Shown: positions 29,501 to 38,133, numbered from the stretch's first letter. The stretch: 64,000 nucleotides of DNA from Selenomonadaceae bacterium (GCA_017427545.1 JAFRSO010000035.1:27986-91985), one strand, 5' to 3'. Notes: a model not told the origin generated them from the sequence alone. Translations and numbers: made by a program.

Positions 29501-30993
29501 TTTTGCGCGGAAAGATCGCATTTGGCATTAAATCTGTAATGCTCAACGGCTTTTTCAGGATTTCCCATGCTTCGATAGCCGTAACCTAAAACACTGTGAA
29601 TAATCATTTCTATACGTAAATCGCAATCTTCGCGTGCCAATGCCTGTTCAGCGAATTTTATCAAGCCGAGAATATCGTTTTTTATGGCGCAAACGTGACT
29701 TTTGAGCAAGAGGCGATAAGCAGTCGGCGGAAAATTTTTCTCCAAATAATCGACAGCTTCTTGAGCTTTGCCTTTTATCTTGTAATCAACGAGAGTTGAC
29801 GTAACTTTTTCGACGGCTTCGGCGTTATCGGGTTTAAGCTCCAAAATTTTAATCGCAGTCTTAATCGCATTGTCCCTGTCGTAAAGAACGTCGCGATAAT
29901 TTATCAGCTCGTCCACAAGTCTTGAAACTTCGCGGCTTTTTTCATCAGGCGTTAAGTCAATGTTCTTTAACCAATCGTCGATTAAAGCCTTTGCATTAGC
30001 TGACTTTTCCTCGTTAAATTCGGTTGATTCAAATTGGTCACCGTAATTTTCAAATTTTTTGATGGCAAGGCGCATTTCCTCAACCGCTGCCCGATAATCG
30101 CCACGCTTCGCAAAACAGATCGCAAGGTTCATGGAGAATTCGGGCATCATCGGATAACGTTCGACTGCCAACTTGGAAACCTTAAAAATTTCTTCAAGCG
30201 GCGCACCCTTTCTGTCCAAACACTCAATGTATAAATGAAAAGGCCGCTTTGAATTTTGTGTACCTTTTTCGACGGCAAGGCGAGAATATTTTTCGAGATT
30301 CTCCCAATCACCCAAAGCATAATAAGCGTCGGCAAGGTAACCATAAAAATTTTCGGGCTTATCAGTCGTGGCGAGTTCTTCCAGCAAAAGTTTCAAATTC
30401 CGTTCATGCTTGGAACGATTAATCGACGCGGAATAGCCCGTATGATAGAGCGTGATTTTATTTGATGAAATTGCTGCCGCACGAGAAAGCACCGGTTTAT
30501 CCTCAAAGTAAAGCTCCTCATGAATTTTCCCGACGTAACGAATCCCCGGCATGTTGGCATAAACTCTAAGCGAGTACGCGGAATCCATAAATTCATTATT
30601 TCTGTCCGCGTCGATATTGACGAGATTGATGAGCATTGCAGGGAAATTTTTTTGCTTCGCGAGTTTAATGGAGTTTTGCAAATTTTTTGCGCTGTCATTT
30701 ATGAAATATTCGTCGGCGTCAAGGAAAACAATCCAATCACCTTTTGCTTCACGGAGGGCAATGTTTCGCGGTGTGGAGAAATCATTTTTCCACGGCTCAT
30801 GAAAAATCTTCGCGCCAAATTCCTCGGCGACCTTAACAGTTCCGTCCGTCGAGCCGGTGTCGACTATGATAATTTCATCAACATATTTTGCTAAACTTTC
30901 CAGTGAACGTCGCAAATCTTTTTCGGCATTTTTTACCATGTAGCAAGCGGAAATTTTTACCTTGCCGACTTTCTGCGATTTATTCTTCGCCAA
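26575..30993 (-). CDS. 1472-aa multidomain glycosyltransferase: N-terminal GT2, TPR region, two SPY/OGT-like (GT41) modules
   Basis: GT2 signature ISACYMVKNAEKDL...IIIVDTGSTDGT...LDADE. TPR-like helical repeats. Two copies of the bacterial SPINDLY-type block (IRVGYISGDMRYHDV... and IKVGYISGDFRAHAA...). Confidence 0.85.
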   Translation of the reverse strand: MAKNKSQKVGKVKISACYMVKNAEKDLRRSLESLAKYVDEIIIVDTGSTDGTVKVAEEFGAKIFHEPWKNDFSTPRNIALREAKGDWIVFLDADEYFINDSAKNLQNSIKLAKQKNFPAMLINLVNIDADRNNEFMDSAYSLRVYANMPGIRYVGKIHEELYFEDKPVLSRAAAISSNKITLYHTGYSASINRSKHERNLKLLLEELATTDKPENFYGYLADAYYALGDWENLEKYSRLAVEKGTQNSKRPFHLYIECLDRKGAPLEEIFKVSKLAVERYPMMPEFSMNLAICFAKRGDYRAAVEEMRLAIKKFENYGDQFESTEFNEEKSANAKALIDDWLKNIDLTPDEKSREVSRLVDELINYRDVLYDRDNAIKTAIKILELKPDNAEAVEKVTSTLVDYKIKGKAQEAVDYLEKNFPPTAYRLLLKSHVCAIKNDILGLIKFAEQALAREDCDLRIEMIIHSVLGYGYRSMGNPEKAVEHYRFNAKCDLSAQKNSPKLNKMAATRLGDYSNYLLNMHDLNFSREKIFEEICGFNKLLAHIPRFKHNHKLHSRHKKIRVGYISGDMRYHDVAFFNTYFFKGYDKTRFDVFIYANNLEDNITAQFRASVDVFRNILDMPADKVAAQIMKDEIDILVELAGHSADNLLKVMAYKPAPIQISGIGWFDSTGLDTIDYFLADKYTDPEGLNEKFFTEKILRLQHSHFCYVWHDYPYPVTPAPCTKNGYVTFVSFNNFSKVNDNVLKVWKKILDAVPNSRLYLKSDVFNEKGGLNFSRDRIKAAGIDLERVTLENYSKEYVRKYELADIALDTFPYPGGGTTCDALYMGLPVITLVGERHNSRFGYSLLMNIGLEELCAFSEEEYVQKAVELANDWDRIREYHLTIRRKMEESPVMTDTIYMGELEQAYEKIFDAWVNKKPLPDFPQEPEPITEELAEKYYKRAMDYILLAGAHDESLFESKFDFKRTLYYAELVAQCESKVDAKILLTIANRRYLLNDTFGAYKMMRKTVDYINSPKGLAENNPNNFIMECYKKLAKYALETGRYIESIESQQKAFELVEDEKNRLEIYDGLLLNLHFINISDEELVAFHFDYQNFFANVVPFTTYHKPHDRIKVGYISGDFRAHAAFKVMFGFIAYHDRRNFEITCYSKNPKNDMYTEQFRQVVEHFVDVQNLTDEELAKKIHDDEIDIAFDLAGHTGYNGLPALVYRPAPVQICGIGYMSTTGLKEIDYFITDEVLDPPNQNREQYFSEKFLYMPAQFCYSRPADVVIPNGASCMRNGYVTFGTICRYSKINDDSLAIWIEILNLVPTAKLLMRAGEFISNSLVDELYSRMKNLGCDMDRVIFRPAVKDTEYFETISKLDIVLDAYPYVGGVTTLDALYMGVPVINFYGSRHSTRFGKSILASVGLGELSVNSVEAYINTAVALANDFETLDVLHKNLRGMFENSAALDPLKYCRCLERKFEEILADARR

Positions 30994-31013
30994 AATGCTA
31001 CCACCCCTTCTAT

Positions 31014-31078
31014 CAATTAGGAATGAGGAATGAGGAATTAAAAACCTACTCCCTGTTCCCTAATCCCTTCTCCCTAAA
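31014..31078. repeat. Heptamer arrays (TGAGGAA; CCTNNTC x4)
   Basis: CAATTAGGAATGAGGAATGAGGAATTAAAAACCTACTCCCTGTTCCCTAATCCCTTCTCCCTAAA. The first 33 nt are nearly identical to 44228-44260. Confidence 0.75.
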
Positions 31079-31092
31079 TTTTACAACGTCAC

Positions 31093-31128
31093 AAAAAAAA
31101 ATTCCACCCGCATTATTAGCGAGCGGAA
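31093..31128 (-). terminator. Rho-independent terminator after the RTX-type gene
   Basis: The minus-strand RNA has UUCCGCUCGC/GCGGGUGGAA, a 10-bp stem with two G-U pairs, followed by U9. Confidence 0.65.
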
Positions 31129-31144
31129 AAGTATTCGCCGAATG

Positions 31145-33052
31145 TTATTGCTTTTCAAAATTGCTGCCGTTGATTTTATATGTGTTGTCGTTTATGTGGA
31201 AAGTCGTCGCCGTGAAATTTTTCAGGACAACGGAGCCGTCGTTTACAGTCAAGGTAACGGCTTTAGCCTTCCTGTTGTAGCTGGTGGTAAAGTCGAGGCC
31301 GCTGAATGTCAAGGTGTCGTCATCATCAAAGCCGTAAATAATATCCTTGCCGTCGCCGCTTGAGTAAAGGAAAATATCCGCGCCGGCATCGCCCCAAAGC
31401 GAATCATTACCTGCGCCGCCCGTGAGTGAATCGTTGCCGTCGCCGCCATAAATTTTGTCGTTGCCAATGTCGCCGAGGAGTTTATCATCACCTGCGCCGC
31501 CTTCGAGAGTATCTTTACCCGTGCCGCCGTTCAAGCTGTCATTGCCCGCGTTGCCGTAAAGTTTATCGTTACCGTCGTCACCGTCAAGCGTGTCATTGCC
31601 GTCCCCGCCAAGGATTGAATCGTTATCAGCTTCGCCGAAAATTTGATCATCGCCTGCGCCACCTGAAATCGTATCCTTGCCACTGCCGCCGCTGATTAAA
31701 TCATTGCCACTTTCGCCGAAGATTTTATCAGCGTCCGAGCCGCCGTCGATAGTATCATTACCATCACCGCCGAGCAGACTGTCAACACCCGCTCCGCCAA
31801 AAAGTTTATCCGCGCCGTCATAGCCCAGAAGCGTATCGTTACCGTCGCCGCCATTCAAACTCTCATTGCCGACGCTGCCGAAAATTTTATCATTGCCTTC
31901 ACCGCCGAGAATTGAACCGCTCATTGCAAAGTTGCGGATTGTGTCATTGCCCTTGCCGCCATTGATTGTGACATTTTCGCCGTAATTGCGGACTGTATCG
32001 TTACCCTTGCCGGCAAAAATTGTCGCCGAGTCTCCGTAATTGCGAATCGTATCCTTACCCGAACCGGCCTCAATCGTCACTTCGTCGCCGTAATTGCGAA
32101 TCGAATCGGCATTAATTGTTCCGACAATTTTAACTTTATCGTCCACGTTGTAATTTGTACTTTTGCCGCCGAGATAGGACTGTTCAATTTTCACGCTGTC
32201 ACCCAAACTTGCCGCGCCGTCGAGAGTGATTTTGCCGTTGCCGACCGTGATAACGAGATCATTGTCAACCGTCGCGCGAGTGTAAGTCGTGCAAGTGAGT
32301 TTAAGCGTATCGGTGGCGTCGAAGCCCAAAATTGAATCGTTGCCGTCACCGTTGGTATATTCGACGACCGCCGAAGGATTTTGGTAGTATGTGTTGTTGA
32401 TATAGGAATTGTTCAGATTTATGCGGTCATTGCCCTTGCCGCCGGAAACCGTGACGTTATTGCCGCCGTCAACGCGGAGTGTATCGTCACCATTTCCGCC
32501 GCTTAAGGAGCCGTTGTGATTTTGCCAGCTGTAAATGTAATCATTGCCGCTGCCGCCATGCAATGTGACATTGATACCACTGTTGAGCGTGCTGTTGTAA
32601 TTCAATTCGCTGTAAATGTAATCGTTACCGGTTCCGCCGTCGACGTAAGAATTGGATCCTTTGGTGCGGATGATGTCTTCACCTTCGCCGCCATTGAGTG
32701 TGACGTCTTGCCCCGTTGAGTTGAGTGAATCGTTGCCGCCGTCACCGCTGATAATTCCCTCATTGCCGACGGAATTAACGGTATCGTGACCATCGCCGCC
32801 CAAAATCGTGGAGTTGCGGGAGTAATTGCTAATCCAGTCGTTACCCTCGCCGCCGTCGATTACAATTTCCAAGCCCGTATTGTCGGCATTGTTGCTGTAA
32901 ATATAATCCTTACCTTCGCCGCCGTTGAGCGTGACATTTTGATAGCCGGTGTTGTTTACGGTGTCGTTACCTTCCAGACCGTTGACCACCGCGCTTGAAA
33001 TCGTGTTCGACAATCTGTCGTTGCCACTTGTGCCATTGATAATCTCAACCAA
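31145..33052 (-). CDS. RTX-type (hemolysin-type Ca-binding repeat) secreted protein, intact paralogue
   Basis: 635-aa ORF. Many GGxGNDxL/I nonapeptide repeats (GGAGNDSLWGDAGADIFLY). TTG start behind AAGGAGAGG. Confidence 0.85.
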   Translation of the reverse strand: MVEIINGTSGNDRLSNTISSAVVNGLEGNDTVNNTGYQNVTLNGGEGKDYIYSNNADNTGLEIVIDGGEGNDWISNYSRNSTILGGDGHDTVNSVGNEGIISGDGGNDSLNSTGQDVTLNGGEGEDIIRTKGSNSYVDGGTGNDYIYSELNYNSTLNSGINVTLHGGSGNDYIYSWQNHNGSLSGGNGDDTLRVDGGNNVTVSGGKGNDRINLNNSYINNTYYQNPSAVVEYTNGDGNDSILGFDATDTLKLTCTTYTRATVDNDLVITVGNGKITLDGAASLGDSVKIEQSYLGGKSTNYNVDDKVKIVGTINADSIRNYGDEVTIEAGSGKDTIRNYGDSATIFAGKGNDTVRNYGENVTINGGKGNDTIRNFAMSGSILGGEGNDKIFGSVGNESLNGGDGNDTLLGYDGADKLFGGAGVDSLLGGDGNDTIDGGSDADKIFGESGNDLISGGSGKDTISGGAGDDQIFGEADNDSILGGDGNDTLDGDDGNDKLYGNAGNDSLNGGTGKDTLEGGAGDDKLLGDIGNDKIYGGDGNDSLTGGAGNDSLWGDAGADIFLYSSGDGKDIIYGFDDDDTLTFSGLDFTTSYNRKAKAVTLTVNDGSVVLKNFTATTFHINDNTYKINGSNFEKQ

Positions 33053-33119
33053 GAAAAATCCTCTCCTTTCGAAAACGATTCAGGGATTAGTGTTAGGGAA
33101 AATAACCCGGTACCTGGGA

Positions 33120-33328
33120 CATGTTGAATAACTTTTATGTTTAAAGCTACTTTTATATTTTAGATCTACTTTTCTTTGCTCGCCCAAAGAAAAGTAGCAA
33201 AAGAAAGTGCGCCTCGCAGGGGCGTTGACCGCTCATGATTTCAACGTTAAGATTGCCCGAAGGCGTGAGTTGCCCGCAGACTTCGCATCACGCTCAGTGC
33301 GCGGGCGTGGCCATCATCCATGACGGCC
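33120..33328 (+). repeat. Structured intergenic repeat, copy C (full length)
   Basis: Collinear with copy B. Hairpin 33166-33197. Stem CGTTGA...TCAACG is perfect here, whereas copy B has a G-T pair. Confidence 0.7.
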
Positions 33329-33337
33329 TCAAAAACA

Positions 33338-33364
33338 CTTATTCCTTGTTCCTTATTCCTTAAC
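33338..33364. repeat. Heptamer array CTTRTTC x3.5
   Basis: CTTATTCCTTGTTCCTTATTCCTTAAC. Confidence 0.7.
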
Positions 33365-33373
33365 TACAATACG

Positions 33374-33400
33374 AAATAAAGCCCCGAAACTTTCCGAGGC
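33374..33400 (-). terminator. Rho-independent terminator after tRNA-Thr
   Basis: Minus strand shows GCCUCGGAAAGUUUCGGGGC followed by UUUAUUU. Confidence 0.65.
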
Positions 33401-33414
33401 TGTAATTTTCTTTG

Positions 33415-33490
33415 TGGAGCCGACTGTCAGACTCGAACTGACGACCTGCGCATTACGAATGCGCTGCTCTACCAACTGAGCTAAGTCGGC
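33415..33490 (-). tRNA. tRNA-Thr (anticodon CGU), CCA encoded
   Basis: Hand-folded cloverleaf: acceptor GCCGACT/AGTCGGC, D stem GCTC/GAGC, anticodon stem GCGCA/TGCGC with loop TTCGTAA, T arm GTCAG-TTCGAGT-CTGAC, and 3' TCCA. Confidence 0.95.
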
Positions 33491-33508
33491 GTGAATCAAT
33501 TCAACGCG

Positions 33509-34612
33509 CTAATTTATATCACAATGCCCGCCGTCTGTCAAGAAAAATTTTTCTGCCGTATCGTCACTGCCTAAAATATTTCCCGCGTAATCGACTAAAA
33601 TTGTACCGACTTTGAGCTTGCCGAAAACGTACCGTTCAGCCCGAACACTCGCCCGCGCCGCAATTTTTTTATAGACGCGTTCAAGATGATTCGCCGAAAT
33701 AATTTTTGCAGCGTCTTCAGTCGTGTTGGCGTCAAGGATTTTTTGAACTTCGATTGATTGCAAACCTTCCGCCGCCGAATATGCCGCTAAAGTCTCAAGT
33801 CGTGCGTCGGCAAAGCGATTGTGCGTGTGAAAAACTCCCGCCGCAACTTTCGCCAGCTTGCCCAAATGCCCGCACAAAATTACTTGCTTGATTTGCCGTT
33901 CAGAGGCCGCTTCAAGCATGAAGCCGATAAAATTGCTCGTCTGAATTATCGCGCCGTCAAGGAAGCCGAATTTTTTTGCAATGGTCTCACCGATTTTCCC
34001 CGGCACGAAAATTAAAGTCTCGAAGCCCGCAGCCTTCGCCACGTCGATTTGTGGCACGAGAGAATTTTTAAACGCCTCCTCACTCATCGGGCGCAAAACT
34101 CCCGTCGTCCCGATTATCGACAATCCGCCCTCGACGCCCAAAATCGGATTCAAAGTTCGTTTGGCAAGTTCGACGCCTGCGGGAATTGAAATTTCAACTT
34201 CAAGCCCGCCGATATTAAATTCCGCCGCGACGTTTTGAATCAGCTTGCGGGGAGCGGGATTAATCGCGGGTTCACCGACCGGCAGTTGAAGTCCCGCCTT
34301 GGTGATATGTCCGACGCCCAATCCAGCACGAAAAATAATTTCATCACCGTCAATGCGGCGCACCGTCGTAAAAACTGATGCGCCATTGGTGATGTCGGGA
34401 TCATCGCCGGAAAATTTTACGACCTCTGCACGAATGCCGCCGGAAATTTTTTCGACACCGGTCACGGGAATTTTTAGAATCGTCCCGTCAAGCGCGATAA
34501 TTTCAACTTCCTTGACGACTTCGCCGCGAGTTTCAAAAATCAACGCCGCCTTAACTCCCGCCGCCGCACAAGCTCCCGTAGTGTAGCCGCTGCGCAGAAA
34601 TTTTTTATTCAT
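33509..34612 (-). CDS. cbiD: Cobalt-precorrin-5B (C1)-methyltransferase
   Basis: 367-aa ORF. LRSGYTTGACAAAGVKAA N-terminus and overall CbiD-like sequence. Confidence 0.9.
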   Translation of the reverse strand: MNKKFLRSGYTTGACAAAGVKAALIFETRGEVVKEVEIIALDGTILKIPVTGVEKISGGIRAEVVKFSGDDPDITNGASVFTTVRRIDGDEIIFRAGLGVGHITKAGLQLPVGEPAINPAPRKLIQNVAAEFNIGGLEVEISIPAGVELAKRTLNPILGVEGGLSIIGTTGVLRPMSEEAFKNSLVPQIDVAKAAGFETLIFVPGKIGETIAKKFGFLDGAIIQTSNFIGFMLEAASERQIKQVILCGHLGKLAKVAAGVFHTHNRFADARLETLAAYSAAEGLQSIEVQKILDANTTEDAAKIISANHLERVYKKIAARASVRAERYVFGKLKVGTILVDYAGNILGSDDTAEKFFLTDGGHCDIN

Positions 34613-34928
34613 TAAGATAAAGTTTCCTGTAAGCGTCGGTGTCGGCTTTAATCAGCGTGACAAATGCGCTCGTCGAAAATTCGTCCGGTTCGGCTTTGAC
34701 TTGATCAATCGGCGTCGGCTCAACAATACGGTTTTTCATCGGTAGCTTAGATTTACCGGCTTTGAAGTCTTCCCAACAAATCAACATGCCTGTAAGAGCA
34801 TCTTCCGCCATTTCCAAGGCATCATAAATATTATCGGCTTGAGTTATTGCGCCTTCGACATCAGGAAATTCAATGCAATAGCCGCCTTCAATCGCACGAT
34901 AAAAAATTGCAGGGTAAACGTATTTCAT
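34605..34928 (-). CDS. hicB: HicB-family antitoxin (no obvious DNA-binding tail)
   Basis: 107-aa ORF. YPAIFYRAIEGGYCIEFPDVEGAITQADNIYDALEMAEDAL fits the HicB N-terminal fold pattern. Lies immediately downstream of hicA. Confidence 0.85.
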   Translation of the reverse strand: MKYVYPAIFYRAIEGGYCIEFPDVEGAITQADNIYDALEMAEDALTGMLICWEDFKAGKSKLPMKNRIVEPTPIDQVKAEPDEFSTSAFVTLIKADTDAYRKLYLNE

Positions 34929-34940
34929 AAAAATCCCTCC

Positions 34941-35138
34941 TCAGTATTTTTTCGGGACGCCGGCCTGTTTACGGATATTATTTTCTGTTTTAGGCTTTAC
35001 TTCTTCCCTGTCGTGTCGTCCAATTTGAAATCTTTCATTTGTTATCGGACTGAACCACCATTCGTGATTGCCGCCTTCGCTCTCCTTGTAGCAACCTGCT
35101 TTTTTGAGTTCGCGCTTAAGCTCTGCGTACTTTGGCAT
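34941..35138 (-). CDS. hicA: HicA-family mRNA interferase toxin
   Basis: 65-aa ORF. LKRELKKAGCYKESEGGNHEWW...IRKQAGVP matches the HicA pattern (K..L.K.G....G.H......I.KQAG). Confidence 0.85.
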   Translation of the reverse strand: MPKYAELKRELKKAGCYKESEGGNHEWWFSPITNERFQIGRHDREEVKPKTENNIRKQAGVPKKY

Positions 35139-35150
35139 AAAAATTTCCCT

Positions 35151-36170
35151 TTAACGGTTATCATACATTTTGGCATAATAATTTTTATATTCGCCGCTGA
35201 TGATTTTTTCCCACCACGCACGATTTTCCAGATACCACGCGACAGTTTGTTTAATGCCGTCGTCGAATTTGGTTTGAGGCGTCCAACCAAGCTCACGGGA
35301 AATTTTCGTCGGGTCGATTGCATAGCGTTGGTCGTGACCTTTCCGATCAGTGACGAATTCTATCAAGTCCTCACTCTTGCCGAGAATTTTCAAAATCGTC
35401 TTGACGACTTCAAGATTAGTGCGCTCATTGTGCCCGCCGATATTGTAAACCTCACCGACGGTGCCCTTGCGGATAATTAAATCAATCGCGGAGCAGTGGT
35501 CGTCGACGTAAAGCCAATCGCGGACGTTAATGCCCTTGCCGTAGACGGGCAATTTTTTATCGTGGAGGGCGTTAATAATCATGAGCGGAATCAACTTTTC
35601 GGGGAAGTGAAATCGGCCGTAATTATTTGAGCAACGGCTGATAGTCGCGGGGATTTTGTATGTGCGTTGATAGGCTTGGACGAGCAAATCAGCGGCGGCC
35701 TTACTGGCGGAATAGGGGCTGGATGTGTGCAAATTTGTCGTCTCGGTGAAAAATAAATCGGGGCGGTCGAGTGGCAAATCTCCGTAAACTTCATCGGTCG
35801 AAACTTGATGAAAACGTTTGATACCGAATTTCCTGCAGGCGTCGAGCAAAACGCTTGTGCCGATAATATTTGTGCGCAAGAAAAGTTCGGGGTCTTCGAT
35901 TGAGCGGTCAACGTGACTTTCCGCCGCAAAGTTGACGACAATATCAGGCTTCTCCGCCTCAAAAAGTTTATAAACATTTTCACGGTCGGCAATGTCTCCG
36001 CGGACGAATTTAAAATTTTCATTGGTTTGAGCTTCTGCGAGAGTTTCAAGGTTGCCGGCGTAAGTGAGTTTGTCCAGGCAAATAATTTTATCTTCGGCGT
36101 GATTTTTGAGTTCGTAGTAAATGAAATTGCTGCCGATAAAACCTGCGCCGCCCGTCACAATAATTTTCAT
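35151..36170 (-). CDS. rfbB: dTDP-glucose 4,6-dehydratase
   Basis: 339-aa ORF. VTGGAGFIGSNF, YSASKAAAD and a C-terminal RfbB-like sequence. Confidence 0.95.
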   Translation of the reverse strand: MKIIVTGGAGFIGSNFIYYELKNHAEDKIICLDKLTYAGNLETLAEAQTNENFKFVRGDIADRENVYKLFEAEKPDIVVNFAAESHVDRSIEDPELFLRTNIIGTSVLLDACRKFGIKRFHQVSTDEVYGDLPLDRPDLFFTETTNLHTSSPYSASKAAADLLVQAYQRTYKIPATISRCSNNYGRFHFPEKLIPLMIINALHDKKLPVYGKGINVRDWLYVDDHCSAIDLIIRKGTVGEVYNIGGHNERTNLEVVKTILKILGKSEDLIEFVTDRKGHDQRYAIDPTKISRELGWTPQTKFDDGIKQTVAWYLENRAWWEKIISGEYKNYYAKMYDNR

Positions 36171-36205
36171 TGCAATTCCTCCAAAAATTTTTTGCTTATG
36201 ATACC

Positions 36206-36234
36206 AAAAAAAAATCCCCGCGACAATACGGGGA
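36206..36234 (-). terminator. Rho-independent terminator after the amidase gene
   Basis: Minus strand shows UCCCCG-loop-CGGGGA followed by U9. Confidence 0.7.
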
Positions 36235-36266
36235 CTTAAACTGATTCATAAGTCTAATTATTTTTA

Positions 36267-38120
36267 TCAACCGAAATAATCTTCAATGCCGTCGAAAATT
36301 CCTTGAGCAGCTTTCTGGACGCCTTCCTTTGAGTCGAGAAGTTTTTCTTCGTCCTTGTTGGAGATAAAGCCGAGTTCAATCAAAGTTGCGGGCATGTCGG
36401 TATGCTTGACGACGTAGAAATTGCAAGGTTGAGTTCCGCGACTGGGAGTGCCGAGTTGTTCAACCAAATTGCGGCGAATGCAATCGGCAAGCTTTTGACC
36501 TGCGCCGGAACCTTTGCTGTAGTAGTAACCGGTCGTGCCGCGCGCTTCGGGACGTGTGAAGCTGTCCGCGTGAATCGAAATGAAGATATGCGCACCGTTA
36601 CGATTTGCAACCTCACATCTTGCGCCGAGTTCTTCAATGTCGGAAGCCTTTGCGCCCTTATCGGAAACAGTTCTGTCAGTTTCGCGTGTCATGATAACTT
36701 CCGCGCCTTCAGCCTCAAGCAATCTCCGAAGTTCGAGAGCGACTTTGAGCGTGACATTTTTTTCCATGACACCTGTCGGCCCGATAGCACCTGCATCATT
36801 TCCGCCGTGACCGGGATCGATAACGATTTTCTTGCCGCTTAACGCAGTGATTTTGTCAAACTCATTTTCCAATTCATTGAACGGTTGGTCGATATCTTTA
36901 TCCTTGTCGTCTTTATCCTTGTCGTCTTTATCTTTGTCCTTATCCTTGTCTTTATCCTTTTTATCTTTATCCTTCTTCTCACGACGCTCTTGCTTTTCCT
37001 TTTCCTTAAGCTGCTTTTCGCGTTCACGTTGCTCCTTAATTATCTGCTCTTGCTTTTCCTTAAGCTCACGTTCCTGACGTTCCTTAAGTTCGCGCTCATG
37101 CTTAGCTTTAAGTTCGGCCTCTTTAGCTTTGAGTTCCTCTTCCTTAGCTTTGAGTTCAGCCTCTTTAGCTTTAAGTTCACGTTCCTGTTTAGCACGAAGT
37201 TCAGCCTCTTTAGCGCGAAGTTCGGCCTCCTGCTTAGCTTTCAACTCCGCCTCCCTAGCTTTGAGTTCTTCCTCCTTAGCTTTTAATTCAGCCTCTTTAG
37301 CGCGAAGTTCAGCGTCTTGACGGGCTTTAAGTTCAGCGTCTTGACGAGCTTTTAATTCAGCCTCCTGACGGGCTTTAAGTTCAGCCTCTTGACGAGCTTT
37401 TAATTCAGACTCTTGCTTAGCTTTTAATTCAGACTCTTGCTTAGCTTTTAATTCTGCCTCTTGACGGGCTTTAAGTTCAGCCTCCTGACGAGCTTTAAGT
37501 TCAGCCTCCTGACGAGCTTTAAGTTCTGCCTCCTGACGAGCTTTAAGTTCAGCCTCCTGACGGGCTTTTAATTCAGCGTCTTGACGAGCTTTTAATTCAG
37601 CCTCTTGACGAGCTTTTAATTCAGCCTCTTGACGAGCTTTTAATTCAGCCTCTTGCTTAGCTCTATCTTGACCCCTGTTCATTTCGGGATTGGCTTTGAA
37701 GTTTGAATTGCCGACGTCGATAACGAACCGATGACCTTTGGGGCCGCCGTCAAGATGAAACGGTTTTGTGTCCGCCATAGTCTCGATAACAATTCGGACG
37801 GTCGTAGAATTGAATTGCCCGACACGAATTTTTTTCGCCGCCAAAGATTTCAATTCAATTTCGCGTTGAGCACTTGGACTAAGCCACGAGTTTTTCAGGT
37901 CGATAATCATGCGCGAGGGATTTTCGGCGTAAGATTCGACAAATTCAACTTTCTTTGTAACGTCGACGACGATACGAATTGTGCCGGAACCATAGCCGAC
38001 ACGAATTGCGCTGACTTCGGCGAGATTAGCTTTCCGCTCGTTAAAATTTTGTTCCGCCGCATGAACCGCTGAAGTCGCCGCAATCAAAATGAGGAGACTC
38101 AGCAATATTTTCCTAATCAA
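36267..38120 (-). CDS. N-acetylmuramoyl-L-alanine amidase with N-terminal AMIN domain and very long repeat linker
   Basis: Signal peptide MIRKILLSLLILIAATSAVHA (TTG 38120 behind AGGAGG). AMIN-like region (IRVGYGSGTIRIVVD...). C-terminal Amidase_3 motifs (IVIDPGHGGNDAGA, ISIHADS). Confidence 0.9.
   Translation of the reverse strand: MIRKILLSLLILIAATSAVHAAEQNFNERKANLAEVSAIRVGYGSGTIRIVVDVTKKVEFVESYAENPSRMIIDLKNSWLSPSAQREIELKSLAAKKIRVGQFNSTTVRIVIETMADTKPFHLDGGPKGHRFVIDVGNSNFKANPEMNRGQDRAKQEAELKARQEAELKARQEAELKARQDAELKARQEAELKARQEAELKARQEAELKARQEAELKARQEAELKAKQESELKAKQESELKARQEAELKARQEAELKARQDAELKARQDAELRAKEAELKAKEEELKAREAELKAKQEAELRAKEAELRAKQERELKAKEAELKAKEEELKAKEAELKAKHERELKERQERELKEKQEQIIKEQREREKQLKEKEKQERREKKDKDKKDKDKDKDKDKDDKDKDDKDKDIDQPFNELENEFDKITALSGKKIVIDPGHGGNDAGAIGPTGVMEKNVTLKVALELRRLLEAEGAEVIMTRETDRTVSDKGAKASDIEELGARCEVANRNGAHIFISIHADSFTRPEARGTTGYYYSKGSGAGQKLADCIRRNLVEQLGTPSRGTQPCNFYVVKHTDMPATLIELGFISNKDEEKLLDSKEGVQKAAQGIFDGIEDYFG
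36891..37661. repeat. In-frame coding tandem repeats: 24-nt units (QEAELKAR), then KE-rich units, then a KD dipeptide run
   Basis: About 30 consecutive 8-residue units of [QK][ED][AS]ELKA[RK], followed by KDKDKKDKDKDKDKDKDDKDKDDKDKD. Confidence 0.9.
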
Positions 38121-38133
38121 TCTAAAGCCTCCT

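Noticed and set aside
36891-37661. 24-nt tandem repeats considered as a CRISPR-like or minisatellite array
   Set aside because: The repeats are contiguous with no spacers. They are in frame and translate into a regular QEAELKAR repeat inside the amidase ORF.
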